From an uncultured Staphylococcaceae bacterium (GTDB lineage: Bacteria; Bacillota_I; Bacilli_A; ML615J-28; CAG-313), in NCBI GenBank assembly GCA_964384805.1, contig CAYLLO010000002.1, positions 1,683-65,682 of the forward strand: a stretch of 64,000 nucleotides of DNA. Reading direction: 5' to 3'. Below, one piece after another: positions 34,936-49,865 of this stretch. Numbering within the stretch: the first letter of the stretch is position 1; each line of letters opens with the position of its first letter. The translations under genes were made by a program, and so were the position numbers. The notes under the pieces were generated by a model. It saw only the letters and a list, made by a program, of their open reading frames with translations, was not told the origin of the DNA and ran no database searches.

Positions 34936-36117
34936 TTATTCTTTGGTAATACCTTGTTCTTTAGCAACTCTTGCTACTTCTGCTGCTACAGTTGGACAAA
35001 CGCGTTTATCAAATGGAGAAGGAATAATATATTCTTCATTTAATTCTTCATCTGTAACTAAAGATGCAATTGCTTTAGACGCTGCAAGTTTCATTTCTTC
35101 AGTAATATCGGTTGCTTTAGCATCTAGAGCCCCACGGAAAATACCTGGAAATACTAAAACATTATTAATTTGGTTAGGGAAATCACTTCTTCCTGTTGCA
35201 ACAACTCTTGCCCCACCAGCTTTTGCTAAATCTGGCATAATTTCTGGTGTAGGGTTAGCCATTGCAAATACGATAGCGTCGTTTGCCATTGTTGAAACCA
35301 TTTCAGAAGTTACAACATTTGGCGCAGAAACTCCAATAAAGACATCTTTATCTCTAATAATTTCTGTTAGTGGACCTCTTTGTTTATTAGGGTTAGTTAT
35401 TTCAGCCATAGCAGCTTGAGCAGGATTCATCCACTCTTCTCCAGGACATAAAGCCCCTTGACGATCTACTAACACAATATCTTTAACCCCAAATTGTAAA
35501 ATTAATTTACAAATTGAAATTCCTGCAGAACCAGCACCATTAATAACTACATGGATATCTTCCATTTTCTTACCTACAAGTTTTAAAGCATTGATTAAAC
35601 CCGCACATACAACAATAGCTGTACCATGTTGATCATCATGGAACACTGGAATATCTAATTCTTTCTTTAAACGCGACTCAATTTCAAAACATCTTGGAGC
35701 TGAAATATCTTCTAAATTAATACCACCAAAACATGGTGCAATTCTCTTAACTGTCGCAATAATTTCTTCTGTATCTTTAGTATCTAAACAAATTGGAAAG
35801 GCATCGACATTCGCAAAATTTTTAAATAAAATTGCTTTACCTTCCATAACAGGCATACCTGCTAAAGGACCGATATCTCCAAGTCCTAGTACAGCTGTCC
35901 CATCTGATACCACAGCAACTAAATTTCCTTTAGATGTATATTTATAGACATCTGCAGGATTTTCGGCAATTTTTCGACAGGGTTCTGCAACTCCTGGAGA
36001 ATATGCTTGAGATAATTGATCTCTATTTTCAACAACTACTTTTGATAAAACTTCTAGTTTCCCTGGACCTTTTTCATGAAGTTCTAAACTTTTTTCATAA
36101 ACAGTTTTTTCTGCCAT
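34936..36117 (-). CDS. NAD(P)-dependent malic enzyme (oxaloacetate-decarboxylating malate dehydrogenase)
   Basis: 393 aa with similarity to prokaryotic short malic enzymes (AYSPGVAEPC, VVSDGTAVLGLGDIGP). Confidence 0.85.
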   Translation of the reverse strand: MAEKTVYEKSLELHEKGPGKLEVLSKVVVENRDQLSQAYSPGVAEPCRKIAENPADVYKYTSKGNLVAVVSDGTAVLGLGDIGPLAGMPVMEGKAILFKNFANVDAFPICLDTKDTEEIIATVKRIAPCFGGINLEDISAPRCFEIESRLKKELDIPVFHDDQHGTAIVVCAGLINALKLVGKKMEDIHVVINGAGSAGISICKLILQFGVKDIVLVDRQGALCPGEEWMNPAQAAMAEITNPNKQRGPLTEIIRDKDVFIGVSAPNVVTSEMVSTMANDAIVFAMANPTPEIMPDLAKAGGARVVATGRSDFPNQINNVLVFPGIFRGALDAKATDITEEMKLAASKAIASLVTDEELNEEYIIPSPFDKRVCPTVAAEVARVAKEQGITKE

Positions 36118-36135
36118 AATATATACCTCCGCTTA

Positions 36136-37257
36136 TTAATAACTACTCTTGAAATTACTATTTTCTACTTTGAAATCACCAAAGTACTCTTTAACATCCA
36201 TACCTAAATATTCAGCCATATCGATCATTTCTTTAACAGTGTTAACATTTACTGGAATACCTTCTTTTTGAACTTTTTTAATAGCTTCCATTTCTTTTTC
36301 ACCATGAGTATAAATGCGTTCTGCCCCATTAGCTTTTGGACTTTCACGTAATTCATTTAAGTAAGTGCTGAAATGTTTTTTAATTTCTTCAGCATCACCA
36401 AAATATGCAGGATTAATAGCCATAAAACCATGACAAATTCCACTAAATCCATTTTGCATTGTATGAGCAGAAGTATAACCTTGTGATAAAATTGAAGCAA
36501 ATAATTCACAAAGCATTCCATAACCATAACCTTTATGTCCACCAAGTTGTTCAGTATCACCACCTAAAGGTACAATTCCTCCACCTTCATGAGCTTTGAT
36601 GTTTCCTAATACTTCCGCAGCACTAGTTGATGATAACCCCTCTTTGTTAACTGCCCATCCAGTTGGAATAGGTTTATCCATTTTATTATACATTTCAAGT
36701 TTTCCACGAGTAACAACAGTAGTTGAAGCATCAAAGAAGAATGGATAAGGATCAGCAGGTGCAGATACCGCAATAGGATTAGAACCCAACATTGCTTTTT
36801 TACCGAATGTAGGAACCATAATTGCTTCTGAATTAGTACAAGAGAAGCCAATCAAACCTTGATCCATTGCCATTCTTGCATAGTAACCAGCAATACCATA
36901 GTGATTAGAATTACGAACTGAAACAATACCTACACCAGTTTTTTTAGCTTTTTCAATTGCAAGTTCCATTGCGTAATGTCCAATTAATTGACCCATTCCA
37001 GAATGCCCATCGATAACTGCGCTTATGGGAGTATCAAATACTACTTCAGGTTTTGCGTCTATTTTAATTAAACCACTTTCAATCCCTTTATGATATCTAA
37101 CTAAACGTTGCATACCATGAGATTCAATACCAAAATCATCTGACATTAGTAATACATCAGAAATAATTCTACTTTCATCTTTGGTAAATCCAAACTTTTG
37201 GAATGCTTCCATACAAAATTTGTCTAATAATTCACGAGAATAATTAATATAAGCCAT
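36136..37257 (-). CDS. Ldh_2 family (malate/L-lactate/L-sulfolactate dehydrogenase-type) NAD(P)H oxidoreductase
   Basis: 373 aa with the Ldh_2 hallmark (GIESHGMQRLVRY). Confidence 0.75.
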   Translation of the reverse strand: MAYINYSRELLDKFCMEAFQKFGFTKDESRIISDVLLMSDDFGIESHGMQRLVRYHKGIESGLIKIDAKPEVVFDTPISAVIDGHSGMGQLIGHYAMELAIEKAKKTGVGIVSVRNSNHYGIAGYYARMAMDQGLIGFSCTNSEAIMVPTFGKKAMLGSNPIAVSAPADPYPFFFDASTTVVTRGKLEMYNKMDKPIPTGWAVNKEGLSSTSAAEVLGNIKAHEGGGIVPLGGDTEQLGGHKGYGYGMLCELFASILSQGYTSAHTMQNGFSGICHGFMAINPAYFGDAEEIKKHFSTYLNELRESPKANGAERIYTHGEKEMEAIKKVQKEGIPVNVNTVKEMIDMAEYLGMDVKEYFGDFKVENSNFKSSY

Positions 37258-37459
37258 ATTTTTACACCTTTCTTTTTTTATGTTTTACACATTTTTATTT
37301 TACCATTTTTTGTATTAAAATGCAAACGTTTTATCTTTTAGAATCTTAATTATATTATTTTCGTTTCAATTCAATATTAAATATGATTTCTGTCAAAAAT
37401 GTATTTTATCTTTTGATTTTTTGTTAACAACACGATACAATATATTTGGAGATGATTTT

Positions 37460-38584
37460 ATGAAATATTTAAATGAATATAATGAATTTATTAAACAATT
37501 TGAAATGGTTGGTTCCAATGTTATCTTTGTTGATAAAAATGGTAATATTGAAAATGTTACCAGTGGATTTAGTTCTTTAGAAGATAATAAAAAGACAACT
37601 ACTAAATCAGTTTATCGTATAGCATCTATTTCCAAAGTTATTGTCACAATTGGGGTACTAAAACTCTATGAGCAAGGTTTAGTAGATTTAGATGAAGATA
37701 TTGAACAATACTTAGGATTCAAAGTTCGTAATCCTAAATTTCCAAATCATAAAATCACTATTAGAATGTTAATGACTCAAACATCAAGTATTATTGACGA
37801 TGGAGATTTTATAGATGGTATTTGGAAAGGCTATGACGGATCAAACTATACTAATGATTATATTAAACCAGAAGAATTATTAATACCTGGTAACAAGAGA
37901 TATTATATGGGTTATAGTGATTATGAACCAGGAACTAATTTTATTTATTCTAACTTTGGTTGCGGACTTCTTGCTTGTATTGCTGAAAAAATAACTGGAA
38001 TCTATTTTCCTGAATATATTAAGCAAGTTCTTCTTCATCCACTTGAAATTTATAGTGGATTTCGTTTGGAAGACCTCGTAGAACCTGAAAACCTCGTTTC
38101 ACACTATCAATATAAAGATAATCAATTTAAACTATATCGAAACTATGAATCATTTAAAGAAGTTCAATGTTTAAAATATCCTATCGGTGATAATTTTAGA
38201 GGTGTTGCAGGAGGATTATATATTTCTGCTGAGAACTTAGCTAAAATCATGATAATGTTAATGAATAAAGGTATATATAAAGACATTAGAATCTTAAATG
38301 AACAAACAGTAATTGAAATGGAAAAAGTACAATGGAGTGGTAATCCAACTGACCCTACTTACCATAAAAAAGGTCTTCAAATGATTATTATGGATAATTT
38401 CACCAAAGACCCTTTATATGGTCATTTTGGTAATGCATATGGTTTAAGAAGTTTTATGTTATACAATAAAAATGGTGGATTAATCTTTTTATGTAATGGA
38501 GCCAACTTCTTATCTAATGAAGAACATATGACCATTCTTCAAGAAAAAGTTATCAAGTTTTTAGTAGAAAAAACTAATTTATAA
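37460..38584 (+). CDS. Serine hydrolase of the beta-lactamase/PBP (class C-like) family
   Basis: S-x-x-K motif (SISK) with family similarity. The likely start is MKYLNEY at 37460 with a GGAG RBS. Confidence 0.7.
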   Translation: MKYLNEYNEFIKQFEMVGSNVIFVDKNGNIENVTSGFSSLEDNKKTTTKSVYRIASISKVIVTIGVLKLYEQGLVDLDEDIEQYLGFKVRNPKFPNHKITIRMLMTQTSSIIDDGDFIDGIWKGYDGSNYTNDYIKPEELLIPGNKRYYMGYSDYEPGTNFIYSNFGCGLLACIAEKITGIYFPEYIKQVLLHPLEIYSGFRLEDLVEPENLVSHYQYKDNQFKLYRNYESFKEVQCLKYPIGDNFRGVAGGLYISAENLAKIMIMLMNKGIYKDIRILNEQTVIEMEKVQWSGNPTDPTYHKKGLQMIIMDNFTKDPLYGHFGNAYGLRSFMLYNKNGGLIFLCNGANFLSNEEHMTILQEKVIKFLVEKTNL

Positions 38585-38810
38585 ATAAAGGATTAAAAAT
38601 TTTTAATTCTTTTCTCTTATTGAATCACTATATAGTCTCATATACGACTCGATGAAAATTATAATTATAATTTTCTTTTTTGTTACTGTAACGTTGAGTA
38701 ATAATAGAAAATTTTTTATTGAATAACAAAACATTCTATATAAACCTTATTATACATTTGTTGTTTCAAGTATGTCTTCATTAACAAAACTAGAATTTTT
38801 TACAGAGCCG

Positions 38811-38840
38811 AAAAAATGAGCGTTATTTACGCTCATTTTT
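38811..38840. terminator. Bidirectional terminator downstream of ligA
   Basis: 10-bp stem AAAATGAGCG/CGCTCATTTT with a 7-nt loop. T runs follow on both strands. Confidence 0.55.
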
Positions 38841-38858
38841 GATAATTTTCATAATATT

Positions 38859-42957
<4,099 letters not shown>

Positions 42958-42958
42958 A

Positions 42959-44602
42959 TTATTTATTGAAAGATGATTTTAAATTAACAATTCGATTAAA
43001 AATCAACTTATTTCCTTTCGATTCATAATCAGTAGTAAAGTAACCATTACGAACAAATTGATATTTATCCATAGGACAAGTATCTTTTAGCCATGCTTCC
43101 ACAAAGCCTTCTTTAGTTACCCAAGAATTAGGGTTGAGGCGTTCTTTAAAATTTTCACTTGAAACAACACTATCTAAAATAAGTGGCTCAAATAAATTGA
43201 AAGTTGCAGGTACAGCAGTTGATGCATCTACAAAATGGATTGTACCATTCGGTTTACGTTCATTAAAGCCAGTACCATTTTTGGTTTTTTCATCATATGT
43301 ACAATGTAATTCAATAATTTCTCCTTCTTCATCACGAATTACTTCTTCACACTTAATAAAGTAGGCATTCATTAGTCTAACTTCTAAACCTTTAGATAAA
43401 CGTTTCCAATGTTTATTCGGTTTTTCTTCTAAGAAATCTTCTTTTTCAATATATAAATTACGTGAAAAAGTAATAGTATGTGAACCAAGTTCAGGATTTT
43501 CCATATTATTCAAAACGGGCAATTCTTCAACTTTATTTTCTGGATAGTTCGTAATAACCACTTTTAATGGTTCAATAATAGCCATTGGCCGAGCACTTTT
43601 CATTTTTAAATCATCACGTAAAAAATGTTCTAACATTTCATAATCAATTGTAGAATTAATCTTTGATAATCCCGTCGATAAAATAAAGTTTTTAATAGCC
43701 TCAGGAGTGAATCCACGTCTTCTAAGTCCTGTTAAAGTAGGCATACGTGGATCATCATATCCTTTTACTAACCCTTCATCTACAAGTTGTTTTAAGTAAC
43801 GTTTACTCATAATCATATTAGTAATACCTAAACGTCCGAATTCAATTTGACGTGGTTTATGTAAAACATCACAATTATTAATTACCCAATCATATAAGGG
43901 ACGATGGTCTTCATATTCTAAACTACATAGTGAATGAGTAATTCCTTCAAAAGAATCTTGTAATGGGTGAGCAAAATCATACATTGGATAAATACACCAT
44001 TTATTACCTGTTTGATGATGATTAATATGAATTATGCGGTAAATTACTGGATCACGCATATTAATATTAGGGCTACTCATATCAATTTTAGCCCTTAAAG
44101 TTTTAGCCCCATTGGGATAAACTCCATTTTTCATTTCTTCAAATAGTTTTAAGTTTTCTTCAATGCTTCTATTGCGGTAAGGAGAATTTTGACCAGGAGT
44201 ATTAGTATCTCCGCGATAAGCAGAAACTTCTTCTTGGGACAAGTCACAAACAAACGCTAAACCCTTTTTTATTAAAAGGACAGCCTTTTCATAAGTTTTT
44301 TCAAAATAACTTGAGCCGTATACAACAATTTCAGGAGTATATCCAAGCCAAGCTAAATCTTCTTTAATAGCTTCAACAAATTCAACATCTTCTTTTACAG
44401 GGTTGGTATCATCAAAGCGAAGGTTAGTTTTGCCACCAAAACTTTTAGCAAGTTCAAAATTTGTAATAATTGCTCGAGCATGACCGATATGCAAATACGC
44501 ATTAGGTTCAGGGGGAAATCTTGTCAAAATATGATCTACAACCCCAGTTTCAAGTTCATTTTTCATAATTGTTTTTATAAAATTTGATGTATTATCCATC
44601 AT
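42959..44602 (-). CDS. glnS: Glutamine--tRNA ligase
   Basis: 547 aa with HIGH (LHIGH) and KMSKS-type (MSKR) motifs. It aligns throughout with E. coli GlnRS (e.g. [27 protein letters not shown]). Confidence 0.9.
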   Translation of the reverse strand: MMDNTSNFIKTIMKNELETGVVDHILTRFPPEPNAYLHIGHARAIITNFELAKSFGGKTNLRFDDTNPVKEDVEFVEAIKEDLAWLGYTPEIVVYGSSYFEKTYEKAVLLIKKGLAFVCDLSQEEVSAYRGDTNTPGQNSPYRNRSIEENLKLFEEMKNGVYPNGAKTLRAKIDMSSPNINMRDPVIYRIIHINHHQTGNKWCIYPMYDFAHPLQDSFEGITHSLCSLEYEDHRPLYDWVINNCDVLHKPRQIEFGRLGITNMIMSKRYLKQLVDEGLVKGYDDPRMPTLTGLRRRGFTPEAIKNFILSTGLSKINSTIDYEMLEHFLRDDLKMKSARPMAIIEPLKVVITNYPENKVEELPVLNNMENPELGSHTITFSRNLYIEKEDFLEEKPNKHWKRLSKGLEVRLMNAYFIKCEEVIRDEEGEIIELHCTYDEKTKNGTGFNERKPNGTIHFVDASTAVPATFNLFEPLILDSVVSSENFKERLNPNSWVTKEGFVEAWLKDTCPMDKYQFVRNGYFTTDYESKGNKLIFNRIVNLKSSFNK

Positions 44603-44603
44603 T

Positions 44604-45257
44604 TTATCTCACCTCTATTTTTTGGATATTTCGTGCATTAGCATATTTTTTATATAATTCTATCATCATAGTTTCATCTTTTTCTAAATCTTCTTTATTA
44701 AAACAAATAATCATAATTAAAACATTTTTCGTATCTATAGTTACTTTAGTACGATCAGTATCACTAGTTGGATTACCAAAAGGTCCTTGATGATCTGTAT
44801 AAAGAGGAATTTTATCTACATTAATTAATCCTCGATTAATTCCATAATAGACATCATCTTTTATTCCAATTCTAATAGTAACATCACCTACAATTTTATC
44901 TTTATCCACAACACAAACACTACGCATTGTTTCAATAGATAAGATGTTACCTAAATCAATAACATCTCCTAGACGATACAAATCATCACCTTTAATTACC
45001 CTTCGAAGAAGAGCCTCACAAGCAAGACGCGTATGACTAGGATCTTTACCTAATTTTTTATATCCATCACGTGATGTTTTTAATTTAGGAATTTGAACAA
45101 TGTCAATTAACGGAACATAATTATAATATTTTTTTTTGATAGTTAACAGTAGCTTATCTACTAACAAAGTAGTACTATTATCTACTTCCATAGTATAAGC
45201 AATAACAGAAAAATCAGGTAATTTAGTTAATAGTTCTTCTGCAATATTAATCTTCAT
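44604..45257 (-). CDS. B3/4 domain-containing protein (PheT-like tRNA-binding fold)
   Basis: 217 aa with B3/B4-family similarity (GNILS..ETMRSV). Confidence 0.5.
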   Translation of the reverse strand: MKINIAEELLTKLPDFSVIAYTMEVDNSTTLLVDKLLLTIKKKYYNYVPLIDIVQIPKLKTSRDGYKKLGKDPSHTRLACEALLRRVIKGDDLYRLGDVIDLGNILSIETMRSVCVVDKDKIVGDVTIRIGIKDDVYYGINRGLINVDKIPLYTDHQGPFGNPTSDTDRTKVTIDTKNVLIMIICFNKEDLEKDETMMIELYKKYANARNIQKIEVR

Positions 45258-46761
45258 TAGTTAAACCTTCGATCTGCATTAAAACACTTTGGTATTCAAT
45301 TAATTGTTCTTTTAGATAGGTTAATCTTTCATATTTTTCATCAATTTGTTTTTTAAGTTTATTTAATGTCTCATAGATTATTGGTAAATTACTTTCATAA
45401 TCAATTACCGATAATAACATCTTCAATACTTTTTCATTTTCAGGATTTTGTTTAAATTCATCAATGTGTAATTTGGCCTCTTCCAATGATCTTTCTAATC
45501 CATCAATTTCTTCTTGAATCGTTTTTTTAGTCATCTCGATTTCTTCATTAATATATGCAGCATCACTCAAACTATTAATTTTATCTAGTTCATGTTTTTT
45601 TTCATCTATCATCTTACTAATTTCTTTTTGATAATTCATAAAACCAATATAGCTCTCAGCAAAATTATGGTATTGATTATTATTATCAATAATATCATGA
45701 ACTTTCGCATTAAAATCCTCAATAGTCTGAATTTGTTTCTGCATTGACAAATAACGAGTCTGTAATTCTTTATATTCTTCACTTATCGTTTCTTTTTCAA
45801 TATCTAAAGCCTTTAATCTTTCAGCTTCTAATTGAAGTTTCTTTAAACGTTTTTCTTTTTGATAAGTTTTATTTTCTAAAGAATCAACTGTTAATAATTC
45901 TTGAGAAAAAATCAATAATTGATCATCTAAAATTTCTCCTATTTCTTTTTTAGTGTATTCTAAAACACTATATTTCTTAATCTTATCTATTATAATATTT
46001 TCATGAATTTCTTTAATTTGTTCTAAAGAAGCCATCATTTCATCAAGATATTTTTCGTGATGAATTGTAAATCTTGTTATTTCTTCTTGAATGTGATTAA
46101 TGTCAATGTTTTCTATTTCACGATATTTATCAATTAATGATTCACGATCTAAATTTAATTGTGCAATTGTATCTTGAAACTCTTTATTTTTCTTTTCAAA
46201 ATTTTTCTTGATTGTATTAGCTTTACGATGATTTTCTTTTTTAGTTTTTACACATTCAAATCCTTCACCTCGTAAATAATTTAACATAGCATCTTTTAAG
46301 AAGATAATATTTTCTATAATATATGGGGCAACTAGTAGTTTTTCTAATTTCTTAGTATACTTAAGCATTTGTTCTTTATGTTGCTCAACTGTTTGTAACC
46401 CAATTTGTTCTAATTCATTTATTTCACTTTCAGTATCTAGTGTTATAATTTCAGTTTGGTGATATAATTCACTTAGGTGTTGTTCTATTTCTTTTAATTG
46501 TTTTTCGATAGTTATGTTTTCTTCCAAAGCACAATTTAAATTATCTTTTTCTTGTTTAAGGACCGAAATTTCAACAGCCATATTTTCTAATTCTTGTTTA
46601 ATTTCTTCATCTCTGGCTTTTTTTATTTCAGTAAATATTTCCCGATATTTTTTCAAATAATAATCTTCAATATTAGTATATTCTAATAGTTTTTCTTCTA
46701 AAACTTTTACTTGTTTTTGTAATTCATGAATTTTAGAATTTAATTCACTAGGATTAGGCAT
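45247..46761 (-). CDS. Long coiled-coil protein of unknown function
   Basis: 504 aa, highly E/K/L/Q rich with heptad character. There is no TM helix and no enzymatic motif. Confidence 0.4.
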   Translation of the reverse strand: MPNPSELNSKIHELQKQVKVLEEKLLEYTNIEDYYLKKYREIFTEIKKARDEEIKQELENMAVEISVLKQEKDNLNCALEENITIEKQLKEIEQHLSELYHQTEIITLDTESEINELEQIGLQTVEQHKEQMLKYTKKLEKLLVAPYIIENIIFLKDAMLNYLRGEGFECVKTKKENHRKANTIKKNFEKKNKEFQDTIAQLNLDRESLIDKYREIENIDINHIQEEITRFTIHHEKYLDEMMASLEQIKEIHENIIIDKIKKYSVLEYTKKEIGEILDDQLLIFSQELLTVDSLENKTYQKEKRLKKLQLEAERLKALDIEKETISEEYKELQTRYLSMQKQIQTIEDFNAKVHDIIDNNNQYHNFAESYIGFMNYQKEISKMIDEKKHELDKINSLSDAAYINEEIEMTKKTIQEEIDGLERSLEEAKLHIDEFKQNPENEKVLKMLLSVIDYESNLPIIYETLNKLKKQIDEKYERLTYLKEQLIEYQSVLMQIEGLTNED

Positions 46762-46778
46762 TATATATAGCCCCCTTT

Positions 46779-48347
46779 CTATATTAAATCATTATTTACT
46801 TCTTTAGCTTTTTCATCAATAATGGCACATTCTGTAGTTAAGAAAATACTAGCAATACTAATAGCATTGGTTAGACATGTTTTAGCAACACTAGTTGGAT
46901 CAATTATACCCTTTTCAAGATTAGAACCATAAGTATTGGTTGAAGCATCATACCAATTAACACTATTAATATTACGTAACACCTCTTCTTTATCACAACC
47001 AGCATTTTCTAAAATTTGTAAAAATGGGCGAGTTAATGTTGTTTTTAAAATTGAGGCAGCTGGACCTGTAATTTGTAATTCAGCTAATGAATTGGCAAGT
47101 TCATAAAACACTTTTCCCCCGCCTTCAATAATTCCAGAATTTATTGCGGCTTTAGTGGCATTTAAAGCATCTTCAGCACGTAAATGTAGTTCCTTAAGGG
47201 CTGTTTCAGTTGTTGCACCAACTTTAATAACTGCTGCTATTCCACCTATTTTAGAAATACGATCTTCTAATTGTGTTTTTTCATATGAACTATCTTCAAT
47301 TATCAATTGTTGCTGTAATTCAGCGATACGTTGTTTTATTTTTTCAGTTTTTCCTAATCCATCAATAATCGTAGTTGTATCTCGCTTAACAATCACTTTA
47401 TTAGCTTTACCAAGTAATATCTCATATGTAGATTCTACAAAATTACTATTAATGATAGTTGCACCAGTTATGGTTGCTAAATCCTCCAAAGTTTTCCGTT
47501 GTTTATCCCCATAATAAGGTACTTTAGTAATAACACAATTAAAAACGCCGCGCAATTTATTTAAAACTACCGTATTTAAAACTTCTGTTTCAATATCCTC
47601 ACAAATAATTAACATTGGAGAATTTTTGGCAATTGCCACTTCTAAAAAGGGAACGAGTTCATTCATCGCAGTTATTTTATGATCAATAATTAAAATATAA
47701 GGATTAACTAATTCAGCCAAACCTTTTTCTTGGTTATTAATTAAATATGGAGATAAATATCCCTTATCATATACATACCCCTTAACAAGGTCTAAATATG
47801 TTTCATGTGTTTTTGATTCTTCAACATTAATTATACCATCTTTTCCAACTTCTAAATACGCTTGCTTAATGATTGAGGCAATCTGTTGATTATTTGAAGA
47901 AATCAAGGCTATCTTTTCTAAATCATTAATAGTATTGACTTCAATGCTATGTTCATCAATATACTTTAAAAGTAATGGTAAAGTTTGTTCAAGACATTGA
48001 CGTAAAATAACTGGATTAACACCTTTTTCAATTTGTTTAATTCCTTCAAAAATTAAATTACTAGCAAGAATAATTGCAGTTGTAGTACCATCACCTACCA
48101 AATCATTAGTTTTAGTGGCTGCTTCAATTATTAAATTAGCACCCATATTAGCTAAGTGATCTGCCAACTCAATACTTCTTGCTATCGTTACTCCATCATT
48201 AATGATTAAAGGATAACCAAAATCTTGTTCAATAATAACATTACGTCCTTTAGGTCCAAGGGTAACACGTGTAGCATCATATAAAATTTTTATTCCCTCT
48301 AACATTGCACTTCTAGCACTATTAGAAAATTTAATAATTTTCGCCAT
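46779..48347 (-). CDS. Divergent GroEL-like chaperonin (Cpn60 family) lacking the C-terminal GGM tail
   Basis: 522 aa. It aligns with GroEL along its whole length (TLGPKGRNV, GDGTTTA, IEGGG), but with many substitutions at usually invariant positions and no Gly-Met-rich tail. Confidence 0.75.
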   Translation of the reverse strand: MAKIIKFSNSARSAMLEGIKILYDATRVTLGPKGRNVIIEQDFGYPLIINDGVTIARSIELADHLANMGANLIIEAATKTNDLVGDGTTTAIILASNLIFEGIKQIEKGVNPVILRQCLEQTLPLLLKYIDEHSIEVNTINDLEKIALISSNNQQIASIIKQAYLEVGKDGIINVEESKTHETYLDLVKGYVYDKGYLSPYLINNQEKGLAELVNPYILIIDHKITAMNELVPFLEVAIAKNSPMLIICEDIETEVLNTVVLNKLRGVFNCVITKVPYYGDKQRKTLEDLATITGATIINSNFVESTYEILLGKANKVIVKRDTTTIIDGLGKTEKIKQRIAELQQQLIIEDSSYEKTQLEDRISKIGGIAAVIKVGATTETALKELHLRAEDALNATKAAINSGIIEGGGKVFYELANSLAELQITGPAASILKTTLTRPFLQILENAGCDKEEVLRNINSVNWYDASTNTYGSNLEKGIIDPTSVAKTCLTNAISIASIFLTTECAIIDEKAKEVNNDLI

Positions 48348-48354
48348 AATACAC

Positions 48355-48597
48355 CTACTTAATAACTGCCAAAATATCCTGAAAATTGATAATTCCTAAT
48401 TCACAATTATCATAAATTATTCTATGCATTTTATTTTCATCAATTATAATTTTATCTCCTACTTGAAGATTAAATTCATTTTGAATAATACTTTCAATTG
48501 AATAATAGCAACTATTAGTGTTTAAATAAATGCCCTTTACCGAAGACTCAACATTTATTTTTTTGATTACTACTTTACCAGGCATAGCTTGAATCAT
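48355..48597 (-). CDS. Divergent GroES-like co-chaperonin (Cpn10)
   Basis: GroES-like pattern (GKVVIKK...VGDKIIID...ILAVIK). The probable start is MIQAMPGK at 48597 with a GAAGGAG RBS. The track ORF starts earlier, at 48648. Confidence 0.55.
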   Translation of the reverse strand: MIQAMPGKVVIKKINVESSVKGIYLNTNSCYYSIESIIQNEFNLQVGDKIIIDENKMHRIIYDNCELGIINFQDILAVIK

Positions 48598-48621
48598 TAG
48601 GCACGCTCCTTCTTCATCTTT

Positions 48622-48650
48622 CTTATTAGTCATTATACCACAATTCACCT
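48622..48650 (-). promoter_or_regulatory. Putative extended -10 promoter of the groES/groEL-like operon
   Basis: Read on the minus strand: TGGTATAAT (TGnTATAAT), with TTGAAT/TCTTGA 14-16 nt upstream. No CIRCE-like inverted repeat is present. Confidence 0.35.
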
Positions 48651-48721
48651 AAATATTCAAGAATAGATATATTTATTTTATAGCGCAAAAAGGAACAAAA
48701 AATCCTTTTTGTCCCTTATAA

Positions 48722-49255
48722 TTAATATTTAATACTATTAATTTTATTACCTTCTATGTCCTTTAAAATAATTTCTTCATCATCAATAATTAAATAGCTA
48801 TGAGGAGTTTCATTCTTAGGTAAAGAAATCGAACCTGCATTTACACAAATCACACTATTTTTTTCTTTTATGAAACCAGTATGATAGTGTCCATATACCA
48901 ACACATCTATATTGTTAGGAATATTATCTATATTATAATGATGTCCATGAGTAAAATAAAATGTTTTATTACCTATTTTTTCAACTAGATAATCATCAAA
49001 AGGAAACTCCGAAATCATCTCATCAACTTCAGCATCACAATTACCTCTAACTACTTTTAATTTATCTTTTAAATTGTTAAAAATTTTAGATACTTCCATT
49101 GGATTATACTCTGCAGATAAACTGTTTCTAGGACCATGATAATATAAATCACCTAACAAAATAATCAAATCTGGTTGTTCATCATTAATAGCTACTAAAA
49201 GTTTTTTAGTGTAATATAATGAACCATGAATATCAGATGCTATTAAATATTTCAT
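48722..49255 (-). CDS. YfcE/MJ0936-family metallophosphoesterase
   Basis: 177 aa with the DIHG ... GDL ... GNCD ... GHYH calcineurin-like motifs. Confidence 0.7.
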   Translation of the reverse strand: MKYLIASDIHGSLYYTKKLLVAINDEQPDLIILLGDLYYHGPRNSLSAEYNPMEVSKIFNNLKDKLKVVRGNCDAEVDEMISEFPFDDYLVEKIGNKTFYFTHGHHYNIDNIPNNIDVLVYGHYHTGFIKEKNSVICVNAGSISLPKNETPHSYLIIDDEEIILKDIEGNKINSIKY

Positions 49256-49260
49256 AATAT

Positions 49261-49800
49261 CTAACCTCGTAATTTATCAATTATTTGCTTAATCATTAGT
49301 GCATATTTCTTATACATCTTCTCATCATTATCACATTCAGGTATATGAATAAATAAGGATTTCTCAGGATAATTCAACAAAAGGTGATAATAAATATTAT
49401 TGCACACAAATGTTCCAGCATCTTGTGATATGGTCACAAAATCGGAAATTTTCGACAAATCAATTTTAGTGTGAAGTTCCTTTTTTTCGCCCTTTATTAT
49501 TTCTTCATCTTTTTTTAAAACCCCACTATTATCAGCAATACTACAACTTGCAATATTCTTTGCTAATACCTCAATGGTCAATTCTTTACGCATTCTAGCT
49601 TCTCCCATAGCAATGATAAAATCATATTCTTTCAAGTTGTAAGTCCCATCTATTTCCTTATAACTTCGATCATATAAAACATCAATTACTAGTTTATCTA
49701 CATTATCTAAATATTTTAAAACTTCCATTGAATAGTTATTTTGCATTTTATTAAATGGTTTAAAGGCAGTTATTAATACTTTCATATTTTCCTCTTTCAT
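49261..49800 (-). CDS. pcp: Pyroglutamyl-peptidase I (pyrrolidone-carboxylate peptidase)
   Basis: 179 aa. It has the catalytic Cys context AGTFVCNNIYY and His context FIHIPE, typical of Pcp. Confidence 0.6.
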   Translation of the reverse strand: MKEENMKVLITAFKPFNKMQNNYSMEVLKYLDNVDKLVIDVLYDRSYKEIDGTYNLKEYDFIIAMGEARMRKELTIEVLAKNIASCSIADNSGVLKKDEEIIKGEKKELHTKIDLSKISDFVTISQDAGTFVCNNIYYHLLLNYPEKSLFIHIPECDNDEKMYKKYALMIKQIIDKLRG

Positions 49801-49865
49801 AATACCCCTTAATTATAACATTTTTTATTTATCTCATCAAATATAAAACAATATTTTTAGCATCA

